A stretch of 64,000 nucleotides of DNA from Hemiscyllium ocellatum. Its lineage: Eukaryota. The DNA lies in assembly GCF_020745735.1 (NCBI RefSeq), contig NC_083402.1:124764213-124828212 (forward strand), read 5' to 3'. Position numbers and translations under genes: made by a program. Under the pieces are notes generated by a model. It was not told where the DNA came from and searched no databases. It saw only the letters and a program-made list of their open reading frames with translations. Within the stretch, counting starts at the first letter, position 1, and every line of letters begins with the position of its first letter. Shown here piece by piece: positions 25,263 through 37,700 of this stretch.

Positions 25263-25820
25263 CACTCCCCTCAGTGTGCAGCTCATTTGTGACCACAGGC
25301 AGCAATTGCTTCCTGTGTGCATCCACTATTCAGTAAGTGTCATAATGGTTCCATTATGGACAACTTCCATGTCCACCAAAACTTCACTCATCTCCAGGAC
25401 TGGCTGATGCATGAGAAAGGGCTATCGCCAGAAGATGTAGATAGTAAAATCTGTGTGAAACTCTCAGAATTGATACTCAACAGAACTACAATGCTGCCTA
25501 TGTATCTCCTGGGGCTGTGGTTGAACAGACAATTGGTCTTCTGAAGAGGAGCTTGCATTCACTGGGCCATTTGAGAGGAGCATTCCAGTACTTTATCAAA
25601 CAGAGACTACAGAATTGTGCTTTTTTGCTGAACCCTGCACAACTTAGCTTAATGACAGGGTGAGCATGTAGAAAAGAAGGAGATTGACCAGCGAGCTGTC
25701 TTCTCATGAACAAGGAGGAGAGATTGATACAGCTGCTGAGGAGACCATCATTGATGCTGAAGATGCAGAAGAAACAAGGGCAGTACTGAGGCTAGATAGG
25801 CAGCTCTGACAGAATCAGCC
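25263..25820 (+). pseudogene. PIF/Harbinger DDE transposase (HARBI1-like) C-terminal half, decayed
   Basis: Frameshifted translation HS..VQLICDHRQQLLPVCIHYS..CH / DWLMHEKG / QQNYNAAYVSPGAVVEQTIGLLKRSLHSLGHLRGAFQY / FC*TLHNLA matches Harbinger motifs HS.NVQ.VCD, GWLLGD.GY, YN..H...R.V.E.TIG.LK.RF, CC.LHN. Confidence 0.85.
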
Positions 25821-25859
25821 AGTGTCTATATTTGAGGTTGAAAGACCTTTTATTAATAT

Positions 25860-26420
25860 TATGTGGACATATCGGAGAGACCGAGTGCAACTCGGAGAAT
25901 GATTCAGGGAATATCTCTCATCTGTACACACTAACCAACCCCACTTTCCATTGGCCAACTATTTCAACTCTTCCGATGACATTCCTCCTCCACCTACACA
26001 AGGCCACCTGCAAACTGTAGGAGGAACAGCACAGCTTCCCCATTGGGAGCCGACAACCACATGGCTTAAACATTGAATTCACTACTTTCCAAATTTCCCC
26101 TCCCCTCCATCTCATCCCAGATCCAACCCTCAGACTCATCTCTGCCCCCTTGATCTGACCTACTTGTCCATCTTCCTCCCCACCTCTCTGCTCCACATTT
26201 CCCACAATCACAATCCTATCACAATCACCTCCTATCTTTGCCCACGTATCGTCATCCCAACTAGCCTTCCCCTACCCCCACCACACTCCCCCTATCTATT
26301 TCTCAGCTCCCTTCCCTCTCCCTAGTCCTGATGAAGGGCTGTGTCTGAAATGACACCCTTACTCCTCAGATGCTGCTTGACTTGCTGTGCTTTATCCAGC
26401 ACCACACTTTATCAATTCTC
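25860..26420 (+). mobile_element. Old Penelope-like element 3' fragment inserted within the Harbinger
   Basis: HIGETECNS... and ATCKL*EEQHSFPIGSRQPHGLNIEF, then the terminal repeat with ctgatgaagggctgtgtctgaaatg. Confidence 0.8.
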
Positions 26421-26949
26421 ATTCACAGCCATGAGTCAATTATGGTAGAGAGGCATTCCTGCCTGTAAGGGAATGCTTGCTTTATAAATTTGAAACAGTA
26501 AGATACTTTGTTTGCCATTAATTGTAAGTTAATTTATTTCCTTGTACCAATAACCTCTTTTCCTTGTCAGAGCATTAGTATGGTGTCTTCCCGGATTGTA
26601 CAGGCCAGCACTTATATGACTCTAATCTTCATTTGCAAAGGACATTCCTGTTACAGAGATTAAGATGGGCTAATGTCGACTGCTTAACTCTTGAAACCCA
26701 AACATACATCTGGGCATCAGAAAATGACAGCCTCAGTACTCTTTGCTCTGCCCTATGTGATGCACATGTGAGTATGTATAGTAATCAAAAGCTCTCAAAC
26801 TAGCCCTCAGGGAAAACATAAATAATTGGGAGTCTAAGCAGAATGAAGAGATTATGTGAATATCATCCTTACTTTGTAGCATTTGCCAGATTGAGCAGCA
26901 TATTGATGGTTGTGCACCCAAAGTGACTTCAGGGTTGCTTTCTATTTTT

Positions 26950-28300
26950 GTTTCTGTCACATGATCTTGATGTCATCTCAGCAGACCCAGCTGAGCTGCA
27001 GGAAGCCTGCTCACTACTTTGTCAGTTTGCTACAGGTTTTGGCAGAGGGTGATCCAGGGCCTGGAAAGCTCCAGCCTGACAGGGATGCTTCTACATAAGC
27101 ACAGATGCAACATGCCCACTTGACTCCTGATAGAGATGTATGGGTCCCCGACAGAGGGGAGCTGGAGAGGCAGGGCATCAATGGAGTGCCCCGAGATGAC
27201 AATCCCTGGATTCCTGTTCTATCGACCCTCCTCCCTGTTTAAGCATAACCGGGCATCCCTCACCCCTGAGGGGATGGAACAGCTGGATGGGTTTCAAGGT
27301 CCTTCAGCCCTCTTCCGCTTGGTCAGTAAATGGGTACAACTATGGTTTGAGTGATGGAGCGAATATCCCTGTGCACACTGGGCAGATACAAATTGTTCTG
27401 CTGGAACCCACTTTCCATGGCACCCACCACTCATTCCATGCACACAGACTTGCATGCCCAAGTCCTGTCTGTGACAGCAGACAGGACTTGGGCAAACTCC
27501 TCTGATCTTCAGTCCTCTTTCCACATGATCTCCAACATCTCTGCTAGACCTGCTGCTGTTGACCTGTGCACCACTATCAGTTCATTAATGCCTGAATCCA
27601 GAGGCTCTTCATCTCTGTTGGGCCTGTGTTCCAGCAGTCATTGGATTGTCAAGGACAGGGAGAAAGTGGGTCTGCAGATGCTGGAGATCAGAGTCAAGAG
27701 TGTGTTGCTGGAAAAGCACAGCAGCATCCGAGGAGCAGGAGAATCGGCGTTTTGGGCCAGAGCCCTTCATCGGATTGTCAAGGACTTCTTTCTTTCTCCT
27801 CTAGCTCTGGGCCCAAGTCAGTGCTGTACTTAACAGTGTAACCCAGAGCCTAACCTGGATAGATCACCCACCAAGGTGAATGTCTTCACACTAATGGAGG
27901 AAGGACAGCAAAGCCTAGATGGCTTTGAGGTTCTGAGGCTCGTGGCTGTTCCTTATCAGACTGTACCATTTGACATCCTGGAAGTTGGGAGACTTTTACT
28001 TGTCTGGCATAAGAGTAGCCTGCAGAGAAAAACATAAAAAATTGCTGCTGTTTCAAGCCACCACCCTTACCCAGGGCTTCATCGAGACATCCGTGCTTAA
28101 AGTGCAGATTGAAACCTTTCTCACGAGATGGCTGGGTCTCTTGGGTCGCCCATACATGCTGACCTCTGCACCCACTTCTGCCTATGCTGCTTTTGTTAGT
28201 TGAAATGGACTCTTGTCACCAACCAAAGAGAAAAAAGCCTCCCCTTCTCTGCTGGACAGCCTTCAGGAAAACCTCTAGAGAGGCAATACTTAAGGATGAG
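26950..28300 (-). pseudogene. Harbinger Myb/SANT-like DNA-binding gene, decayed, probably intron-containing
   Basis: Minus 28295-28105 reads SIASLEVFLKAVQQRR/EAFFSLVGDKSPFQLTKAA*AEVGAEVS...ERF, like the Myb/SANT pattern F...LE.L...V..R...LF......K..W..VA..V......CRKRF.DL; GT donor near 28070 and acceptor near 28020. Confidence 0.75.
27657..27771 (-). mobile_element. Solo PLE terminal repeat (family A) with 14-bp TSD
   Basis: GGATTGTCAAGGAC at 27643-27656 and 27772-27785. Confidence 0.9.
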
Positions 28301-28623
28301 AATGTTTTTGTTTAGTCTCGAATATGTGCAGAAGTGGGAAGGGATGATGAACAGAAGCTGAGCAATCCTCCTTGGTTGCAGACAGAAGTGTGGTGCTGGT
28401 GTCTTTTAAATATGGTATCCAGAATGTGGCGCCGAGGAGGTCTTCACAAGGGTGAGGTGGTTGGACAATTTCCCATCCTTAAAATTTTGTATTTTACTTC
28501 AGATTGCAAATGCATTGAGCTGAGAGGAATGTAATCACGTTGGAAAACCTATTCAACCCCTGATTAGAAGTAACTCCGGATTTTAGGACCAATGCTACAC
28601 TAAATCTCAAAAACAAATCACAC

Positions 28624-28915
28624 TGTGTGTGATGTGAGAAAAAGTGTGTCTTTGTGTCAGTTAGAGAATGTGTGTCTGAGTTAGCAAATGTCATTATACG
28701 TCTGTGTGAAAATATGTGATAGAAATTGTCTTTATGTGTAAGAAAGTGTATGTGAGAATATGACTGTGTGTGATCAAGTGTGTGTGAAATATATGTTTCT
28801 TTGTTTGTATGCAAACAATTGTCTGTGTGTGAGAAATTGTCTTTGTGAGATTGTGTGAGAATTGATGTGATTTATGTGAGTGTGCAAAAATGTGTCCTAA
28901 TTTATTCTTGTGTTC
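28624..28915. repeat. Degenerate TG-rich low-complexity tract
   Basis: Interrupted tgtgtg/gaga motifs. Confidence 0.8.
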
Positions 28916-29100
28916 ATGCAACATTGGTGAAATACTGATTTTCTTGAGACAACATTTTGATGCTGTAATTTGTTTAAATGCTTACTTTAGTAATGTTGCT
29001 GTTGACAGCTGCCTGTGCACATTCTAACATTGTGAATTTAATTATTGTGTAAACATGATAGAGGAAAGAAAATAAAACATGAAAGAAAATCAGACTGCCT

Positions 29101-29113
29101 GTTGCTTAGCAAC
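29101..29113. promoter_or_regulatory. Candidate RFX X-box
   Basis: GTTGCTTAGCAAC, near-palindromic, in non-repetitive DNA. Confidence 0.35.
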
Positions 29114-31717
29114 AAAAATGTAATATGAAATGGGTAATACATAAAGATGGATTTCCTCATAAACTCCACATCTGTCCTATATTTAGTCTACACATGGTTT
29201 CATTTTCAATATATTTTACATTTTGTGACCACACTGTGGAGCTGATTATTAAATATAAATGCATTATGCTTTGGACAAAGGTTACTTGTTATTAAAGGAT
29301 AGAGAGTTTGATTGGTGCCTTTGTATAAATATTTAAGGTGTACCTGGTGAAAAAGCAGCACCATTATATAGCATTGTCGCATTTTGCAAAGGAGATGGGT
29401 ACTGTTTCATATGCATATACAGCTGCATATGACTGGTGTATCTATCTTCTTTATCCCCATTGCTAACCTACTACACCTTCTCTCAAATATTGACCTTCAT
29501 GATGTGTAGGAACCGTCACTGTAAGTACGAATTTATTTATGTCCATTTGCTGCAGATGAGGCAGGAGTTGAAATGATTGTCAAAAGCATCCACCGTGTTC
29601 TTGATTATTTCTTATTAACAGCTATTGTTGGACTGTGGAAAATGCATTGTAGGCAGAGTGTCTGACTTCTACAATATTCTGAAGTCGCGGCCCAATGAGA
29701 TCATTGAAGGTCATGCTCAACCCACTAACTAAACTTGTTGAGTAGTAAAAGATCAGCTACAGGGGACCAGAGGGAGGATTTCCTTATCCATTTTCTATGA
29801 ACAGTGAAAATTGTCTCCCCTACCAGTCTATCCTCCTCTTTGTTAAACCGTCCATTTCTCGTATGGTCAAAGGCCATTCATTCCTTTTTGTCCCCAGTAC
29901 CTAATTTTTCAAATTCTTCATGTTGACTTCAATCTCATTATCACACTGACTTTAGACATCATTTCCTCATGTAAAAAATTAAAATATTGTGAATACAAAG
30001 TCTTTCCCATTTGAATGTGTTGTTTTTCATGGCTGTGATAAACTTGGATGACAAACAGCAGAGTTTGATGAAAGGAAAATGATTCACTATCTTAAATTCA
30101 TTACTGATGTTACATAGTTGTGGTCATGTACATACATTGACGACGTCAAAATGGATTCTTTTGGAGGGACTTGAAAGCAAGAGAGTGGTGATGAGAGGAT
30201 TGAAGTAATGTGTGCAGGGAACGGAGGGCAGGGAACTGGAGCCTTCAGTGATTATAGAGTGAGACACAAAGCGTAAAAACAAGAAGGAAAATGGAGACAA
30301 AGGAAGGAAAAAAAAAGTGGATTAGATTGATTCCCACTGTGAAGCGATGAAAAATTCATGCAGGTATTGTAAAATAATTTTGCAAAGGAAAAGCAGGAGA
30401 AAATGTGAAATTCTCATGCAGTAAATGTAAAAGAAGCAGATAAAACAAAGATGAGGAAGTGTAAAAATGTAAGAAATAAAATGAGACTATAAAAGGATGA
30501 AAGAAACATGCAGACATATTGCTAATGTGATAGACACAGACTGACAGAAAGAAACATCACTAACAAATTGATGGCGACATATTTTCATTCACTCTTCCTT
30601 TCATTTTAAATCATATTTTATGAAATCAAATATTCAGTGCAGTCTTAATACCTCACTATGGAACTAAAAACAAATTCAGGCACTCATGCAAACATTTACC
30701 ATCAAAGAGCATTCATGCTTTTGCATACTGAATCGAATTTTCAGTCTACAAAGTGAGCACAACTTGGCTTCCAAAAAGCAGTTTTAAAAATAACATTTAT
30801 TTCTATCAATTAAATAAAGGCAGTTTAAAGCTTTTTTGAGGGTCACTCTCTCAGAAGAGTAGTTTTCATGTGGTATTGAGCTGACGTTGGGAGTTGGTTG
30901 GGGCTGAGGAAGATAAACCAGACACAATGGGGTTGATAACTCTGGGCAAAGGTCACCGCTAATACATTCCAGTTCCACTTTACTTTCTGTCATTTCTGGA
31001 ATGTGAGATTGAGTAGGATGTGTAACAAGCAACTGAACCAGCTCTCCAGTTCCCTACTACTGCCACAAACTAAAGACAAACTGGGGATAAAGGAACAAGA
31101 GGAGGCCTTTCTATCCCTCTAGTGGTGGAATCCGATTAGACCAGGACTGATCTGTATTGTAATTGCATCTAAATGCCAAGGTTCCTGAACCTCTAATAAC
31201 CTTTCTCAATAAAAATCAATCAATCTCCCTTTTGACATTTTTAGTTGATTCATAGTATTTTGGGGCATAAAGAATTCCATGTTTCCCCTCATGTTTATGT
31301 TCAAAAGTGCCTCCCGACATCACTGCTAAATGATATTGCTCTAATTTTAAGGTTCCTCCCCTTGATCTGGACAATCCTCCATCCACCCACCATAGGATAT
31401 AGTTTCTCTTTATTTACTCTATCAAGTCCTTTAATCATCATGTACACCTCAATTAAAGCATCCTTTTCTGAATTTTGCTACCTACCATTTAACACAATGA
31501 TGTTGTGCTTAAGTGCCATGAGAGCAACATCTTTTGAAAAAAATGTTTTTTGAGTTAATGAGCATATGAACAACGAGCTAAAACTAAGCCCCTTTGCCCT
31601 TGAAGCCTGCTCTGCTATTCGATAAGATCATGACTGATCTGATTTTCACCTCAACTCTATATTTCTGCATACCCCAAATAATCTTTCATCCCCATGGTAA
31701 TCAAAAGCTATTTAAAC

Positions 31718-31952
31718 AAAACAAAACAAAGAATTATGGATGATGGAAATCAGAAACAAAAACAGAAATTGATGGAAAAACTCAGCAGGTCTAGCATCAT
31801 TTGTGGAGAGAAAGCAGACTTAATGTTTCAGGTCGAGTGACCCTTTCTCTGTTCTGAGGAATGGTCACCGGACTTGAAGCATTAACTCCGATTTCTCTGC
31901 ACAGATGGTGCCAGACCTGTTGAGCTTTTCCTGCAACTTCTGTTTTTGTTTT
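31718..31952. mobile_element. Palindromic PLE derivative (family C)
   Basis: Inverted arms aaacaaaaacagaaattgatggaaaaactcagcaggtc / gacctgttgagcttttcctgcaacttctgtttttgttt around a degenerate hammerhead gttctgaggaatggtcaccggacttgaagcattaac. Confidence 0.85.
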
Positions 31953-32214
31953 GTAGTATTGGCTTCCAGTTATCTCATCTCATTTCAAAGTTACTACATT
32001 GCTACATTCTCCTTGGGCCCATGGGACGTTCCTATAGCTGGGCAATGTAGATGTATGACTGTGTGAAAAGCCAGAATCAAATTCACCCCCCATCTCTTTT
32101 GTATCCTTATTAACAGTCAGAAGAAAAACATCGCAGAAAATCAGAATTTCTGATGTTCCCTGTTGGAAAAGAATTGTGGCTAACGTAGTGAAACAGTCAA
32201 AGAATGTGAAAATG

Positions 32215-32422
32215 ATGTTAAAAATCACACAACACCAGGTTACAGTCCAACAGGTTTAATTGGAAGTACGCTAGCTTTCGGAGCGTCACCACTACCACCT
32301 GATGAAGGAACGTCGCTCCGAAAGCTAATGTGTTTCCAATTAAACCTGTTGGACTATAACCTGGTGTTGTGTGATTTTTAACTTTGTACACCCCAGTACA
32401 AAACTGGAATCTCCAAATCATG
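32215..32422. mobile_element. Palindromic PLE derivative (family B), 11-bp TSD
   Basis: Near-perfect inverted arms; ATGTGAAAATG at 32204-32214 and 32423-32433. Confidence 0.9.
32296..32330 (+). ncRNA. Minimal hammerhead ribozyme motif (family B)
   Basis: CAC-CTGATGA-AGGAAC-GTC-GCTCC-GAAA-GCTA-ATG: intact core boxes, palindromic AGCT stem III, predicted CUA cleavage site; one mismatch each in stems I and II. Confidence 0.65.
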
Positions 32423-32613
32423 ATGTGAAAATGGAAAGAGACGGGAAATGCTAGAACAGCACTTTGAATTTTGCAAAACTTTCTGCACTTCTGCCCTCTG
32501 TCTAACTGAATGTCCCAATCATTAAACCATTTCATCTTTCTTTGCCACATAATAAGATATGTTTCATTGGTCTTATTTAAATGTTTTATGTATTTTTATA
32601 ATCTTCACGTATT

Positions 32614-32866
32614 ACTCAGGCGACTGACTGTGTGGAGTTTGCACGTTCTCCCCGTGTCTGCGTGGGTTTCCTCCGGGTGCTCCGGTTTCCTCCCACAGTC
32701 ACAAAGATGTGCGGGTCAGGTGAATTGGCCAAGCTAAATTGCCCATAGTGTTAGGTAAGGGGTAAATGTAGGGGTATGGGTGGGTTGCGCTTCGGCGGGT
32801 CGGTGTGGACTTGTTGGGCCGAAGGGCCTGTTTCCACACTGTAAGTCTAATCTAATCTAATCTAAT
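32614..32866 (+). mobile_element. Young 5'-truncated HE1-type SINE
   Basis: CpG-rich V-domain (gtggagtttgcacgttctccccgtgtctgcgtgggtttcctccgggtgctccgg) with a (TCTAA)4 tail. Confidence 0.92.
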
Positions 32867-34244
32867 TATTATCATCAGATGAACTTACATCATTAAGAAC
32901 ATGAATTAGCCTTTTCCCCCTCCATAATGAAGTCAAAGCCATTCAATATCCATTAAAAATTATAGAAATGTCTAAGAGATTGAAACATTTGTTCATAGAA
33001 CTTCTTAAATAGGATTCAGTGTTTGAAGTTTGCATTGTTCCAAATTGACACAGGAATGCAAGTGTTGAAGTAAATTACCAGTGGACAAGGAACTATAAGA
33101 ATTTAAGGTAAATCACTCTAACCCAAAAGGTCCAAGAGAAATGATGGTTGATTTTAATTCATACACTGTTGAAACTGACATTTTCTTGAAGTAGTTTAAT
33201 AAACTGTTTCAGTTCCAATGTATTTTCAATTACAGTCAAGCTTTGTAGAGCACATTGGGTTGTTGCTTTGTATACAGGCTTGTGAAGATCATGAACACTT
33301 TGGGCCTTAGATATGGCACAATGTCTGTATTATTGCTTAGATGGCTTTGCAAGTTCCTATTTATTCTCCTTACTTGTATCAAGGTTCATTATCCATCACC
33401 TTTGTGCTTACTAGCCTAACTGGTTTCCAGCTCTTATGATGCAGAAGGTGTTGTAGCCCAGTGAGTCGGCATCAGCTGTCCAAATGAGCATCCTGACTTA
33501 GTGACAGTCTTCTGCCCTTTCAAATGCACTAATAATGCACATTATTTAAATTTAAATTACCATTTAATGCCCTCTTAAATATCTTGATTGAATCTGCCAC
33601 TACCACATTTCAAGGCAGTGCATTGCAGATGACTTGAATCATTTACTAGAGAAAAAAATTCTTCTCACATCTGTGCTCTCTCAATTTTGATCCTTTTACA
33701 AGTGAGAACAGTCTCTCCTTGGCTACTCTGTGAGACCTCTCACTTTCCATTTGAAGTTGTAGTCATCCTTTTGATCTCTTTCACAGTCCTCTGCATAGTT
33801 TACAATGCTTCTAAACAATGGATGCAAAGTTATTTGGGTGATGGTAAACAGATTTTTTCTAGCAGGAGGAAGATTTGTGGTGGATATCCCAGAGGTTGGT
33901 AATGGGACCCTTACCCCATTTATAATGATCTAGACTTTGGTGTACAGGAGACAATTCCAATGTTGTGAATGATATAAAACTTGGAAGTATTGTAAACTGT
34001 GAGGAGATCAGTACTGAACTTCAAAAGGACATTTACAATTCATTTGCATGGGCAAGTCAGGAGCAGATGAAGTTCAGTGCAGTGTGGTTTTGAGATGATA
34101 CATTTTGATCATTCAAAGAGAAGACCACATGACCTTCTTCTGAACCATAATAACTCAGTGATTCTTTGATCTGTGAATCTGTCCCTTTTATTCCATAATC
34201 TCTACTTTGCAGCATTGCTGTATTGCATCAAATATGTCCTTTTC

Positions 34245-34355
34245 AAAAAACGAAAAGAACTGCCGATGCTGGAAATCTGAAACAAAAACAGAAACTGCTA
34301 GAAAATCTCAGCAGGTCTGGCTGCATCTGTGGAGAGGTATCAGAGTTAATATTCT
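34245..34355 (-). mobile_element. PLE terminal repeat fragment (family C)
   Basis: aagaactgccgatgctggaaatctgaaacaaaaacagaaactgc...cagagttaat. Confidence 0.75.
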
Positions 34356-34379
34356 AACCTTGATTTAATTTCCTCTGCC

Positions 34380-34790
34380 TCTAACTCTACCTATCAACTT
34401 ACTATCCCTTATTTCTAATGTTGTCTATCTTTCCTCGCGTATCCTGATGTTTTCTAAAATGCTCAAACCTATATTCCAACTATGCTGTTGCTGTTTCCCA
34501 CCTCCCACCCCAATCTCTGCAACCTCTTCCAGTGCTACAACCTTCAAAATCTCTCCAAAGTACAATTTTGGCTTCTTGAGAATTCTCCATTTCCAAAGTT
34601 CCATGATTGATAGCTGTGCGCTCAACTGCCTGAGTCTGAAGCTCTGAAATTCATTCCCAAAACTTTACTGCCTGTTTATCCTTCATTCCTCATTTAAGAT
34701 GCTTTTTAAAGCTGTCTTTTTTAACCAAGATTTTGTCATTTCACCTAATATTTCCTGAAGTGGTACTGGGTCAGGGTTTTTGTTTGTATG
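34380..34790 (+). mobile_element. L2 LINE 3' end
   Basis: tctctgcaacctcttccagtgctacaacc...ctcaactgcctgagtctgaagctctgaaattc...tttaagatgctttttaaa. Confidence 0.65.
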
Positions 34791-37700
34791 CAGCATCTAC
34801 ATTAGGAACCTTTATGTATTGTGCTGATTTGGATATTTGTTGAGCCAAGTTGTTTTCACATAAATGAGTGAAGCAATCCATGGGGCAAATATATTAAAGA
34901 TCCTCTCAAATGCTACGCACACACTCCTTCCATTTTCAGGAAACACAGCAGAGGAAAATCAGAGATTAGATTTGGCCTTACAGGACCTTGTGCCACGTGT
35001 TGTGGTGTAAACCAGGCTTTTGGGCAAACAATTAACCATGTTGAGAAACAAATGACTTAATCTGTGACTTTTGGAAGCAACCCTCAGAAAAAAAGATAAG
35101 GAGGACATGACAATAGGAATTTCATTTCCAACACCTAACATAACAATCAGGAAAGGTCAGTAGTGAGTCTAAAATATTGGTGCCAGTTCCATATGAGGCA
35201 CATGAGACAAAACAACTATGAAACTATTTCTTCTAGTCTCGCACTACAGGGATTGCATTAGGAAATGTCTAAGGATAAATTTTAATTGACCAACCCTTGT
35301 CGTTCCTCTCCTGCCTGACATAGGAAGAATATTTCAAGAGAGTGGTTCGGATGCCAGGCGAAGACTCAAAATGGCAGTGGTGGGAAGGTAGCAGGGCAAG
35401 AGTAAGATGTCGGAGAGGAAATTGATCGGGGAGGAGAATAAAAGGCAGGGGAGGACTCAAATGGCAAGGAGGTCTAATAGCTAGGGGAGGGGAGAAAATA
35501 GGGGAGGGGTAAATTTGCAGGAAGTATACCAATAAATTGCCACCTTCTTCAATTTTCCAAAGGTCAGTCACTTGAGAAACGCACTGCTTATTTTGGCAGG
35601 ATTCCATCCTGAGTTAGTAACATGCACATCTCGTGAATCAGGGGATTAACAACATTTCACTTTGTCTCCAGGCCAAATAAACAGCCCTTCCCCCTTCTCT
35701 GCAAGGTTATTTTTGGAATTCTTCCCTGTTGCACCCCAGCACCACTGCAGCGACCCCCATTCTGCCTGCTTCCCAGGCTCTTCATTAATCCCTGAGCCAT
35801 TCCCAGCAATCTCCAATCCATTAGAATCCCTGAGGCTTCACACTCCATGGAAGGCAGAAGAGGAATGACAAACTTTTGGCCCTGCAACCTTGTTTCTCAC
35901 CTTCATCTTAGATATTTGGACTTTGATTTTGCAATATTGAGATGTAACTCTCATACCATGCGCAAATTGATTGCACAGCCTGATTAGCAGGACACACAAG
36001 GATGGGTTTTGAGGAATGGGTGGAGGGGGAATATCATCTGCTGTCAGGTCCAAGCAGCTTGGTGATCTGATTGGTGGGTAGCTGATAGTGGAGCTTGGTG
36101 GACAGCTAGCCTGTAGAGCAGAATAATGTCAACAGCATGAGCCTTGATCCCCATTCCATCTGAAGTAGATATGGGGCATGTCTCCTCCCCTTAATTGCTT
36201 CCTTCCAAATTAAATAACAGTTTGGTGACCTACAAATTGATGCAACTAGAGAAGAGAGAGAGGCTGCTGCCAATTAAGGATAAAAGGCTCATTGATTAGT
36301 GGAGCCAACCTGATTAAATACACCACTGGAGTTAGTTGACTATTTAAATGGGAACCTCAGTTGTTTGAGTCAACTGCAATTTTCCGATAACAATTTATAG
36401 CTTGTATTTATTTGAACTAACCTGTTCAGGCACATGGTGACACACATCTGGAATATGAGGCACTTGAGACAAAGCCTTCTGGTTCAGAGGTAGGAAGACT
36501 ACTACTGTGCCACAAAAGCCTTTGCAGAGTGTGTTCACACTTCTTTCATTGGTAACAGGCATTTAGCAGCTTCAATGGGACAGCAGCAGGAGACTCCTTG
36601 GAAATCCCAAGGTGCTTTCCATAATTGATTCAGAATTTTAAAAGGCTTGGGAAGAGGTCAAATGGATAGTTCTCAGAACTTGCATTGTCATGATGTGTTA
36701 AGTGGTCTCCTTCTATGATTTTGTTCATTCTGGACTACGTAGAGAAGTCATCTCTGCAGCTTGCTAACATTTTCAGATCAAGACCAACCAATAAATAGTT
36801 CCTACTAAAATTCCAACTAAAAATAGAATTTCCCACATTTGCATATGCGCTGATAACACGGAGGAGGAGATTCAAACTCTTTTATTAAGCAAGCAACAAT
36901 AACATCCACAAAGTATACATTCCCAGTTAGCATAAACCCAGTCCATCAGTGAAGCAGACTGCAAAGATAAAGATCCAATCTTTCCTCCTCATTCATATAC
37001 ACGTCACATTGGCAGGTGGAAAGTTCACGTCCACTGGAAATGTCATCATGTGCATACTAAGGAGCATTGTTCATTTTAAAAGGTATGTGCCCTGAAGTTC
37101 ACAACGTCAAAATTCTGAAGTGAACTTTAGTTATGACGTATCCAAGACTTAAATGATCCATTTAACAAAGTTGAAAATCCTGATTGCACCTTTGTTGACT
37201 ACACAATCTTTGCCAACAAGCAGTGCTGATGAAATCCACATTCCCTATCTATTGTTAAAGAGGGTAGAGCACAGAGTGCAAATCTAGTGACAGGGCATTC
37301 AAAGCTCCCACAGTCAATGGCTTTTCATCAAGAACATTTGGTTTGAGTCAAGCACTTAAACTACAATGTTATACAAAAAAAAAGGCACTGCTGCAGTTTT
37401 AAATGCTCGTACATCACAAAAGTAATAAAGACGGCACTGCCTTGCATTTTGGTAATGATTAATCTGATGGCTTCTTTCCAGATACTGAAACTGTAAAATT
37501 GCCATAATATTTCTAGTATTTGAGTCCTCAAATTACTTTAAAGTGAAGACTGTGTTCTTGCAGCCTGCCATCATTCACTGGAGAAAGATTGGTTGCAGAT
37601 TTGACTACCTGTTTGTTGTGGTTATATTTTAGTTCTCACATATCATGCAATTTAAAGGAGAGCAATGAGTTCTTTCATGTCGATTTGCATTTTGGAATGA

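Noticed and set aside
30170-30560. Purine-rich tract
   Set aside because: Low complexity with no periodicity or ORF.
35650-36650. GC-richer patches resembling Harbinger-type MITE ends and tRNA-SINE heads
   Set aside because: Too degenerate to delimit or classify by eye.
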